In this document: positions 1-9,500 of the stretch, in pieces
Layout of the letters: each line of letters starts with the position of its first letter
Numbering within the stretch: position 1 is the stretch's first letter
DNA from: a virus
Taxonomy: Duplodnaviria > Caudoviricetes
Strand: one strand, 5' to 3'
IMG/VR virus record: IMGVR_UViG_3300003820_000023
Location: 1 to 30,910 of that record
DNA: 30,910 nucleotides
Program-made: the position numbers and the translations under genes
The notes under the pieces: model-generated
Told to the model about the DNA's origin: nothing
Databases searched by the model: none
The model's input: only the letters and a program-made list of their open reading frames with translations

Positions 1-138
1 CCTCCTGGACCACCACCGGCTCCTCCTACACCACCACCTGCGCCGCCTCCAAATCCGCCTCCAGCGCCACCGCCTGCACCCCCTCCGGCTCCACCACCGC
101 CAAACCCACCGAGCCCGCCTCCTGGCCCACCACTATAA
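1..138 (+). CDS. 3' end of a proline-rich protein (partial, starts before the window)
   Basis: Frame 1 reads PPGPPPAPPTPPPAPPPNPPPAPPPAPPPAPPPPNPPSPPPGPPL then TAA at 136-138. Pro codons are varied (cct/cca/ccg/ccc), as expected for coding sequence, and a terminator follows. Confidence 0.8.
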   Translation, partial: PPGPPPAPPTPPPAPPPNPPPAPPPAPPPAPPPPNPPSPPPGPPL

Positions 139-142
139 AAAT

Positions 143-176
143 AAAAATACCCTACAACAATGTAGGGTATTTTTTT
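143..176. terminator. Bidirectional intrinsic terminator between convergent genes
   Basis: Perfect inverted repeat aaaaataccctaca (143-156) / tgtagggtattttt (161-174), 4-nt loop, with an A-tract on the left and a T-tract on the right. Confidence 0.85.
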
Positions 177-196
177 GTAAAAAACTATTTGATGGT

Positions 197-865
197 TTAG
201 TTAAAAGGTTGTTCTCTAACCCAACTTATAAGGATGTACTTAGCGTCTACTGTACTACCGCTTAGTACAGGGTTACCAGCATGAAACGATTCAGGGTTAA
301 TTACTTTATTGTTAGTATCACCAATCATGTTTTTCCAGGCAATAATTTTACCTGTAGTAGGTGTTACTGTATAATTAATTCTTGGAAACGTTGTTTGTCC
401 ACCATTAAAACCTTCATTAAGATACATTAAAACAGAGAATACTCTGTTACCGCCTCTGGCTATATTTGCACTATAACCTGGAGAATTAGTACTAAAATAG
501 TCCCAGTGCGGATCGTACTTACCACCTTCAGTATATCGTACGAAATGTGGTGCTTCTTGGCATTCTTTCGGGTAACCTGTAATATTTGCTACAAGGTCTT
601 TAAATGCTTCAGCCACAGCATCATTCTCACTTTTAAATATCCATTTACCGTTAGCTACTCTGTAATTAATATCATTATGCTGTATTAATAATGATGGCAA
701 ATAAACATCGTGCTTTATAACAAATGCACTTAAAGTAGGTATATCGAATGTAGATTGTAACTCTATATAATTACCGGATAAATTGTTGTAAACTGTATAT
801 GCTGAAAGGTTTTGAAAAGCTGTAGTTTCTGGTAAACTAATAGCTGAAAGATTTGAAGTACTCAT
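197..865 (-). CDS. Prolyl 4-hydroxylase-like 2OG-Fe(II) oxygenase with N-terminal LSA/LSG-rich extension
   Basis: Motifs typical of P4H catalytic domains: RYTEGGKYDPHWDY (HxD), GGNRVFSVLMYLN, GGQTTFP, SFHAGNPV (distal His), KYILISWVRE (2OG-binding Lys). Confidence 0.85.
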   Translation of the reverse strand: MSTSNLSAISLPETTAFQNLSAYTVYNNLSGNYIELQSTFDIPTLSAFVIKHDVYLPSLLIQHNDINYRVANGKWIFKSENDAVAEAFKDLVANITGYPKECQEAPHFVRYTEGGKYDPHWDYFSTNSPGYSANIARGGNRVFSVLMYLNEGFNGGQTTFPRINYTVTPTTGKIIAWKNMIGDTNNKVINPESFHAGNPVLSGSTVDAKYILISWVREQPFN

Positions 866-916
866 GTTGTATAATAATTACTATATTAACCTGAATAATC
901 CTCTATAAAGAAAATA

Positions 917-1603
917 ATGTCTAATATTAACCTTAATACAAAATGCATATTTGTACATGTACCGAAAACTGGTGGAACAAGTATGAGCAATGTATCGTGG
1001 AACAAAGTAACATATTATAACTATTACGGTCATTATTCAATTAAAGACTTTTCTGAAATGGTAGATATTTCAAAATACTTTAAATGGTGCTTTGTAAGAA
1101 ACCCATGGAACCGATTATTATCCGGCTATGATCATAGTTTAGATTTCAAAAATACGTTCCCAACCTTCGAAGGTTTTGTAAATGCTTTGTATAAACATAA
1201 AAACATATACCAAAAATTAGATTATAAGTGGTCAAAAATAATTGGAGGCATACCTCAATTACCTAAAACAAGCCCAGAAATGTTTTTAACTTGTCAAAAG
1301 GCTTTTCTTACAGTAGACTGTAAAGTTAATATGAACTTTATAGGTAGATACGAAAAACTACAAACAGATTGGACTATATTGTGTAGTTTACTTAAAAAAT
1401 ATAAACCTATAGCAATGGACCTTGAAGCGTGGGTAAAAGAATTAGATAGCTGTAAGTTACCGCACGAGCGTAATAGAAAAACTGAAAGTCATTCTCAATA
1501 CTCAAGTAAACCTTGGCAAGAGTATTACACCAAGGAAATGATTGATTTAGTAGGTGAAGTATACGAGCAAGATATAAAAGAGTTTAATTACACGTTTAAT
1601 TAA
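917..1603 (+). CDS. Sulfotransferase (Sulfotransfer_2 / carbohydrate sulfotransferase-like)
   Basis: 5'-PSB motif FVHVPKTGGTS, 3'-PB motif FVRNPWNRLLSGY, FIGRYEKL and C-terminal YEQDIKEFNY. Confidence 0.88.
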   Translation: MSNINLNTKCIFVHVPKTGGTSMSNVSWNKVTYYNYYGHYSIKDFSEMVDISKYFKWCFVRNPWNRLLSGYDHSLDFKNTFPTFEGFVNALYKHKNIYQKLDYKWSKIIGGIPQLPKTSPEMFLTCQKAFLTVDCKVNMNFIGRYEKLQTDWTILCSLLKKYKPIAMDLEAWVKELDSCKLPHERNRKTESHSQYSSKPWQEYYTKEMIDLVGEVYEQDIKEFNYTFN

Positions 1604-1605
1604 TA

Positions 1606-2283
1606 ATGTTATCGGTACTCACATTAACATACCAAAGACACAAGATTTTAGAAGAGGCTATACAGTCTTATCTAAATCAAGAATATGACTCATCTGAAAT
1701 GGTTATTATTAATGATAGTCCAAGTGTAAAATATGTTTATGATCACCCTCGTATTAAGATACACAACTTAAACAAAAGATTTACTTCAATTGGTAAGAAG
1801 CTTGAGTATGGTTTTTCAGTGTGTGACGGGGACTACATATACAGATTAGATGACGATGACTTGTTGACACCAAACGGTTTGTTGTTAACTCAAAAATGCA
1901 TAACTGAAACCCCCGGCTACGAGGTATATCATCCAGAAAGAATGCATATCTTTTATAATAACAAATACACTGGTACTGGCAGTAATGTTAATACAGGTAA
2001 CGTGTATTTAAAAAGTAGTATTATTAATAGAGTAGTCCCTGATAAGAGTTTCGGGGAAGATGTAGATATAACATTTAATAGTGGCTTAAATGTATATAGA
2101 GCTGATAATATACATACAATGATATACAGATGGGGTAGTAACACATATCATATTTCTGGTTTTGGAGAAGTGTCATTAGAAAAATCTTATGCAGCAGTAG
2201 ATCGCTTTATTGCAACTCCAGAAACCGGTACTATATATCTTCACCCGCACTTTGAAGCTGATTACTACTCACTATTAACATGA
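1606..2283 (+). CDS. Glycosyltransferase family 2 (GT-A)
   Basis: LSVLTLTYQR, AIQSYLNQEY, VIIND, GDYIYRLDDDD (DxD) and GED motif. Confidence 0.85.
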   Translation: MLSVLTLTYQRHKILEEAIQSYLNQEYDSSEMVIINDSPSVKYVYDHPRIKIHNLNKRFTSIGKKLEYGFSVCDGDYIYRLDDDDLLTPNGLLLTQKCITETPGYEVYHPERMHIFYNNKYTGTGSNVNTGNVYLKSSIINRVVPDKSFGEDVDITFNSGLNVYRADNIHTMIYRWGSNTYHISGFGEVSLEKSYAAVDRFIATPETGTIYLHPHFEADYYSLLT

Positions 2284-3113
2284 AAAAACTTACAATAGGC
2301 ATTACAACTTACGATGATTATGATGGTGTATTTTTTACCGTGCAATCTATTCGTATGTTTCATAAAGAAGTATTAGATGACATCGAATTTGTTATTATAG
2401 ATAATAACCCAGACAGCCCGCATGGAGAAGCGCTAAAAAACTTTACCAGTAGTATTAAACAACCTGTACAATACATACCATTTAGAGAATATAAAAGCCC
2501 TTTTGTAAAAGGTAAGATATTTGACTATGCACGTACACCTTATGTATTAGGTATTGATGGTCATATCTTACTTGAAGCAGGTTGTTTAAAAAAACTTATA
2601 GATTTTTATGAAAGCGGTAAAGATGGAGGAAACTTTGTTCAAGGGCCTCTATTGTATGATGATTTGAATTATGTTTCTACACACTTTGATTTAGTGTGGA
2701 GAGGGCAAATGTGGGGTATTTGGGCAACAGATGAAAGAGGTAAAAACATTGATGGAGAACCATTTGAGATACCTGCCCAGGGTATGGGTTTATTCTCTTG
2801 TCGTAAAGATAGCTGGTTAGGGTTTAACCCTAATTTTAGAGGTTTTGGTGGAGAAGAAGGCTACATACATGAAAAATACAGACAAGCAGGTAAAAAGACC
2901 TTATGTCTACCATTTTTACGTTGGAATCACCGCTTTGGAAGACCTAATGGGGTAAAATATCCGCTTACATTGAATAATAAGGTACGTAACTATTTTATTG
3001 GTTTTATAGAGCTTAAAATGGATGTTAAACCAATTTACGAGCATTTTAAAGAGTTTACATCTATAGAAAACTTAGATAAACTATATAATGAAGCAAAACA
3101 ACTGTTTCCATAG
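2280..3113 (+). CDS. Glycosyltransferase family 2-like (GT-A)
   Basis: LTIGITTYDD, EFVIIDNNP, PYVLGIDGH (DxH) and GFNPNFRGFGGEE (GalNAc-T-like WGGE region). ATGA overlap with the upstream gene. Confidence 0.8.
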   Translation: MKKLTIGITTYDDYDGVFFTVQSIRMFHKEVLDDIEFVIIDNNPDSPHGEALKNFTSSIKQPVQYIPFREYKSPFVKGKIFDYARTPYVLGIDGHILLEAGCLKKLIDFYESGKDGGNFVQGPLLYDDLNYVSTHFDLVWRGQMWGIWATDERGKNIDGEPFEIPAQGMGLFSCRKDSWLGFNPNFRGFGGEEGYIHEKYRQAGKKTLCLPFLRWNHRFGRPNGVKYPLTLNNKVRNYFIGFIELKMDVKPIYEHFKEFTSIENLDKLYNEAKQLFP

Positions 3114-3145
3114 TTAATATTAATACCTCATCGTAAATATTAAAT

Positions 3146-6100
3146 ATGATTCTTAGTGCAGCGCCAGTTATATTAGACTACGGATATGATAATAACATAT
3201 CCTTTAAAGGCGGTACTATTTATCCGTTCGATAATTTAGCATTTAGCGATACCCCGTTACTTGCAAGCGCAGTAGATTTTACATTAAACAACAATGAACT
3301 GTTAGTATTAACAAACAGTATTAAGCTTAGCGATAGTTTAGTAACAACTACTGTACCTGCACCAGAAACCTATATATACAGTTCTTTAATTACAGATAAT
3401 TTAGGAAACTATTTATATGCTACCGATCCAAGCAACACTGAAGGTAGTACTATTGCTCTTACAACTGACTTAGCATCAGCTACTGTATTTAATTTTACAT
3501 TTCCAGTTTCTGCAAGAACTATTCAGATATCTTATTCTGTACCATATCAAGGTACAAATAAAGAGCTGTATTTGATTTGTAACAGTAATATAGCTACTGT
3601 TTCTGGTGGTTCTATTAATAATATAACCGATACAAGTTATTATACATATTATTACATTTTAAGCGGTACCGCGCTTTCTCTTATATCAATCGCTCCAGGA
3701 CTAACCACAAATTGGTTAGGTAGTAATGGTACAACACTTTCTTTTAGCGGTCTTTCTGCATCAACACCTAATAACTTAACGGTACCACTGAGTAGTGTTT
3801 TTTATGCTACAAGACTTAACAATAATAATTTAAACGACACGCTACAAGCAATAGGTCAGTCAGATTTAATAAAATATCAAAACGTTAATAACGACTTATT
3901 AGTTGATACAGATACTGGTAGTGTAAAATTTAATTATTTAATTAGCAGCGCATTCAAAACTATTTCTTCAACAAATCATACGGTAGAAGCTAATGTAAAT
4001 CTTTTAAAGAATTATTATTCTCCTATGCACAATCAAACAGCTGTGCTTAGTGCAAAATTAAGAGAATATACTAAGATCTACACCGGTTTAAACGAAACCA
4101 ACGGTTTTGATAAAATTTATTTGGGATACAATTCTCAAGTATCTAAACTTACCTTCAACAAAGATAGTAATACCTATTTTCATTATCCTTATGGTACTAA
4201 CATCTTACCATTAAGTGCATCTACATTAATTGACTATGGTGCTCGAGCAGATATCACTCCTTTCCGTTCAGATAAAGTATTTAAAAAGGTAGCAGATTAT
4301 AAAAATTATAGCAGCTGGGGTGATAGTTCAAATAACCCACGTAAAGGAATTTATTTTTGTTCATGGTTATCAGCTGGTAACATAGGTGTAGCAAATAATG
4401 TACGCCCTGTATGGATGGATAGATACTATGACCCAGCCACGGTTAATAAGCTCAATATACCGTTGAGTGCAATTGCAGCTCTCTCTGGTACATTAATTAA
4501 TAGTCTAAACAACTATCCTAACTTAATATGGGACACACCTTCTACTTTAACCTTTGAACCAGGTGTGTTGTATACGTATCAACGTATTGGAGATAATAAC
4601 AACAATACAATAGTAGAAAGCATTACGGGTTTAACATATCATATCGATAGTTGGAGTAGTAATTTAACTAACGACGTCACAGGCTTAACAGCCGGTAGCA
4701 TCGTAGGGTTTACAAGTATTAATAGCGTTACAGATGACACTCTAAGAACTTCTTATTATAATGTTGGCAACACGTATGGGTATATAAATACTGCAAATAG
4801 TGATTTTACCAACAATAAAGGAACCACTCTGTCGTTTTATGCGTATCAAGATAGCTGGGCTGATATTACAGGTGATCAAATCGTAGGAAATTATTTTAAT
4901 GGAGGTCTGGGTGTATTTAATAATAACCCTACATTAACACCTTATTTTACAGTAGCATCATACTCCAGTACAGGCTCTACTATACAAACCTATAATACAG
5001 ATCTTGGGTTGATAAATTCAGAAACATTTACTACTATTAGTTCATCAGCTACTTTATTAAGTGCGTGGGCAACCCCTGTATATGTATTAAAGAATACATA
5101 TGATAACAATTATTATATAGTAGATAATTATCCCAATAAGAAATATATATCTATACTTGACCCGGGTGATTTAATCACAATTAAAACATCGTTAAGTGCT
5201 TCACTTTCAAACTACACTGTTATTGCAGATACATATGTAGTACCAGCAAGTAGCGGTACATATATAGTTACTAAGAGCCATCCAACTAATACTTCAGTAA
5301 CATACACTAAGTTTAGTACAACAGGTACATTACTTTCAACGGCCACTTATACTTCATATAATAACTTTACCGTAGACTTATCTGGTAACCCTATTTATTA
5401 TAACTCAAACGTACCTTCTACCAGCTCTATGTCTGTTAGCGGGTACGAGGTATGGACGGGCACTAATGCTTGTGTAGATAGTAGTAATAATGTGTTTACG
5501 TTGTCTGGTAATGGCAATCAAAATACAGTTGCTAACACATGGACACTTAACCGTAATGGTGTTGCAGTATTAGGTATAACTAACCCAGAATACGTAAATT
5601 GTGATCAAGATAATAATATATGGATTACCTACAACACAAACTATTTAGCTAAGGTAAGCAATACTGGTGTTATTATCTGGAGTAAGCAAATTAATATAGC
5701 AGATTCAATAATTACACCATACAGTACACGAGTCATTAACTTCTTAGCGGAAAACACTACTTCGGGTATAGTACATTATGGTTTAATAGTGGATGGCAAA
5801 TCACAATGCTTGTATAAAGTAGACACTAACGGTAATGTTATTAATAAAGTTTCAGTGCCTGGCCTGATACCAGGAGGTGATAGTACTGGTTTTGATTATC
5901 AAAGAAAATATATTGCATCTACAGTCACTACACCCGGTATACAAGCAAAATTAGTAGTACGGGACTCAACACTAACAAACCCGCAGCCTCAGTACATTAC
6001 ATTAAATTATGGTACTTCAGCTTTAGAGGCCGGGTGGCATCATTTTGCAATTACATTTGATCAAACCAATTTAGCTAAGTTCTATATTGATGGTAAAGTT

Positions 6101-6571
6101 GTAAATCAAACAGCACCTCTTTCGTCTGCAGCTACGCTATATTCAATATACAATTATAAAAACAACCCGCAAATAGCTATAGGTACAAGTAACTTTAAAA
6201 CTGGCACGTTAAATGAATGGATACAACTACCGGAAACGTATTTGTTTAATGGTAACATAGCTGATATACGTTTATACAATATTTCATTGAATGCATCAGA
6301 TATTAAAGCGATATCTAAAAACTATAGAAGCAATCAATTCGATAATTTAGATTGGGTTATACCTACTGGCACTCGTGGATATATAGAACAAATAGAAAGA
6401 TTTTTCTTACATAGATTACCAGGTAATAAATCACAGTTTTACGATATTAAAATTAAGAATTCCGGTATTATAGATCCTGCAGTAAGAGCTGTAGTTGAAA
6501 GTAACATCCGCACAGCAACTACTGATACAGCTCCTGCATACGCTCAATTGCGTTCAATAATCTGGGAGTAA
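3146..6571 (+). CDS. Large Ser/Thr/Asn-rich putative virion structural protein with beta-propeller-like segment and C-terminal LamG (concanavalin A-like) domain
   Basis: 1141-aa ORF. LamG signature GWHHFAITFD...KFYIDG...IAIG...FNGNIADIRLYN. Propeller-like strings CVDSSNNVF, CDQDNNIWI and YKVDTNGNVI. Confidence 0.75.
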   Translation: MILSAAPVILDYGYDNNISFKGGTIYPFDNLAFSDTPLLASAVDFTLNNNELLVLTNSIKLSDSLVTTTVPAPETYIYSSLITDNLGNYLYATDPSNTEGSTIALTTDLASATVFNFTFPVSARTIQISYSVPYQGTNKELYLICNSNIATVSGGSINNITDTSYYTYYYILSGTALSLISIAPGLTTNWLGSNGTTLSFSGLSASTPNNLTVPLSSVFYATRLNNNNLNDTLQAIGQSDLIKYQNVNNDLLVDTDTGSVKFNYLISSAFKTISSTNHTVEANVNLLKNYYSPMHNQTAVLSAKLREYTKIYTGLNETNGFDKIYLGYNSQVSKLTFNKDSNTYFHYPYGTNILPLSASTLIDYGARADITPFRSDKVFKKVADYKNYSSWGDSSNNPRKGIYFCSWLSAGNIGVANNVRPVWMDRYYDPATVNKLNIPLSAIAALSGTLINSLNNYPNLIWDTPSTLTFEPGVLYTYQRIGDNNNNTIVESITGLTYHIDSWSSNLTNDVTGLTAGSIVGFTSINSVTDDTLRTSYYNVGNTYGYINTANSDFTNNKGTTLSFYAYQDSWADITGDQIVGNYFNGGLGVFNNNPTLTPYFTVASYSSTGSTIQTYNTDLGLINSETFTTISSSATLLSAWATPVYVLKNTYDNNYYIVDNYPNKKYISILDPGDLITIKTSLSASLSNYTVIADTYVVPASSGTYIVTKSHPTNTSVTYTKFSTTGTLLSTATYTSYNNFTVDLSGNPIYYNSNVPSTSSMSVSGYEVWTGTNACVDSSNNVFTLSGNGNQNTVANTWTLNRNGVAVLGITNPEYVNCDQDNNIWITYNTNYLAKVSNTGVIIWSKQINIADSIITPYSTRVINFLAENTTSGIVHYGLIVDGKSQCLYKVDTNGNVINKVSVPGLIPGGDSTGFDYQRKYIASTVTTPGIQAKLVVRDSTLTNPQPQYITLNYGTSALEAGWHHFAITFDQTNLAKFYIDGKVVNQTAPLSSAATLYSIYNYKNNPQIAIGTSNFKTGTLNEWIQLPETYLFNGNIADIRLYNISLNASDIKAISKNYRSNQFDNLDWVIPTGTRGYIEQIERFFLHRLPGNKSQFYDIKIKNSGIIDPAVRAVVESNIRTATTDTAPAYAQLRSIIWE

Positions 6572-6584
6572 ATAATATACAAAC

Positions 6585-9500
6585 ATGGCAAACTGTCTAA
6601 CTTACCAGATCAATTATGTAGCATATGGTGGCCCGGGTAATTATGCTGCAATTTACTCTTACACTGATTGTAACGGTAATGTTAACAATGTAGATAATGA
6701 AGGTGCAGATTCAGGTGGTACAGATCTTATTTGCGCTATTGAAGGTTCTTTAAACATTACGGTAGGTACCTTAGCATATACAGGACCGTCTTGCGGTACA
6801 TATAATCCTGAAAATCTTACAGTTTCATTTAACGGCACGGTTCCAGGCACAGTAAATGTGGGAGATCAGTATCAACCATTAGCATCTGGTCATTCTGATC
6901 TTGGTTTATTAAATGCTATTAACGTTTACAAAAACGGTAACATTTATGCAAGCTATGGGTTAGGGCCTGGAAACTCTACTACTGATATTAATAATATTGG
7001 TAATCCTTCATCTGAAGGTTCTCCTGGTACTGTAACTTGGTTAGCACAGGCTATTGATCTTAACGGTCAATATACAGCTACAGATGGACCTTATACAGTT
7101 ACTGTTGTACAACCACCCCCTCCTGCTCCTCCTCCAGCTCCAACCACTACAACCACAACACCAGCTCCAACATATAACGTAACGTTAACTGTACCGGGTG
7201 GTGGTGGTAATGTTTCCGGGGGTGGAAGTTATCATAATGGTGATACTGTTAATATTAGTGCTTCACCTAATCCGGGTTGGTTTTTTCAGTACTGGTACAA
7301 TCCAGATAATAATCTTCAAATCACTACAAGTAGTAGTTATAGCTTTACAATGCCTGGTGTGGATCTACACATTGCGGCACAATTTTCTTATAATCCTGCT
7401 CCTTCTACATTTAATGTACACGTTAATACATCTCCATATAATACTGGTAACGTAACTGTTAACGGTAGCACATCTCATGGTGGCGGCACCTTTACGGTAA
7501 TAGCAGGTTCAGAACCTTATCTATCAATAGACACAGGCGGTACAGGGTACTCGTTTAGTTATTGGGACACCGATCCTGAAGTAATTCAAAACGTTACGGG
7601 TAACGGTACATATCTTTATCCGGTTAATAGTGATGTATACATTACAGCTGTACTCACAGGCAATGCCCCTACAACTACCACATCGGCGCCTACTCCTTAT
7701 TACAATTTAACTTTAAATGTAATACCTTATGTGGGTGTTAATGCTGTAGGTAGTGGTATATACGCGCAAGGTTCAACTCCGTCTATTAGTGTAGATAATC
7801 GTGTTGAAAATCAAAACGGTTACTATTTTCAATTTTGGGCTAATGCTAATAGCGCTCCTAATTATGTTGCCTGTCAAAACGGAGAGGTAGTTAATCCTTA
7901 TAGTAGAATTACTAACGTCAATGCGATGTTCTCAGATCTGACGTTAGTAGCGGTATTTGCGGCACCAGCGACTACTACTACAACTACTACTACTGTTCCA
8001 CCACCTACACCACCACCACCACCTACACCACCACCACCGCCACCGGCAACACCTACTCCAACCCCTACCGCAACACCTACACCTACAGTAACCCCGACTC
8101 CTACTGTTACCCCTACAGGTGCACCGACAGCTACCCCAACAATCACTCCAACTCCAACTATTACACCCACTCCTGTTCCAAGGGTGCTGGCTGTATACAC
8201 ACCTTGGACAGTAGCACTCACCAACACTCCAATATGGGTTGAAAGTATTTACCCTATCTCGAAAGATGTAAGTTCTTATGGTATTAATTGGAACGATGGT
8301 AATGGTACAGTAACATACTCTGCTCAAGCAAGTTCAGAGAACTTTTTACTATACACATATAAGACCTCTGCTTCTGGTTTTTCTTATTATTCGGTCAACG
8401 TTTCAAACACTACACCGTTTGTACAGGCTAACCCACGTACACTTCCAAATAGATTTTATATTAAAGATAGTTTACCTACATATAACATAGATAACTATTT
8501 TGACCCTACATCTCAAACACCTACCTTACCCTATCAGTTAAAAGACGTACAAGTAGGCTCTAATGAATGGGCTGTAAGCGATATAATAAATACTTCATTT
8601 ACAAAAATTTACGATAACTTTAATTACCTTAAAAATATATCTCAAGTATTAAACATTAACAACAAATTCACACTAATTGAATGGTGTGCACAATTTGCGG
8701 CTAATAGCTACTCAACAGGGGTATCAAACAATTCTGCTTTTTCATGGAAGACCCCAATTGATGGTTTAAACAATGATAACTCTTTCAGTAACTTATCTGC
8801 TTATGGTGTAGCGGACGGTATTATAAAAGATATTAAATCATACCGTTTTACAAATAATACTGCTCCAGATTATTATAATTTTATTGCATACAGTTTGTCG
8901 GGTAACATTCCTGATCATATACAAGTACGTACAAACGACTGGCGTAATACTTTAGTATTGAGTGCTGCTAACTTAGGTAGTAGTTTACCACCTTTTACTT
9001 GTTTAAGTGCAATTGATGTTATTAATAATCAATTATACATACTTGACAGTAATACCGTTTACAAAGCAGATCTATTTATAGATAGTAATTTTTCGAATTC
9101 AAGTTTAGTAAGTTTACAACAGGTAGGTGGTTTGTCAGGTACAGTATCTGACACTAATAACTTTAATGTTCCAACTGAAATAAAAGCACGTAATGAATTA
9201 CTTTATGTGTGTGATAGCTTAAACAGTTGCGTTAAAGTATACAACACCGCTTTAAGCTGGGTTAAAACACTATATGTTGACACATTAAGGGCGTATAGTG
9301 CTCAGCGTATAGAGGTTAACCCTATAACTAATAGTGTTTATGTATTAGGTCAGAGCTTTGCTCCTGTTGCTCCAGTATTAACTAATGTTAATCTTGTTAC
9401 TGCAGTTAAGAGTACAAGTGCAGTAAGTGTGCCGGACGTTACCGTATACAACATTTCGTGGGTACATGATGGTGCACGGTTAATAAACAATAATACAAAT

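Noticed and set aside
7898-8327. Minus-strand ORFs 7898-8227 (Gly/Val-rich) and 7944-8327 (Cys/Arg/Trp-rich)
   Set aside because: Antisense shadows of the Pro/Thr repeat in the 1312-aa gene.
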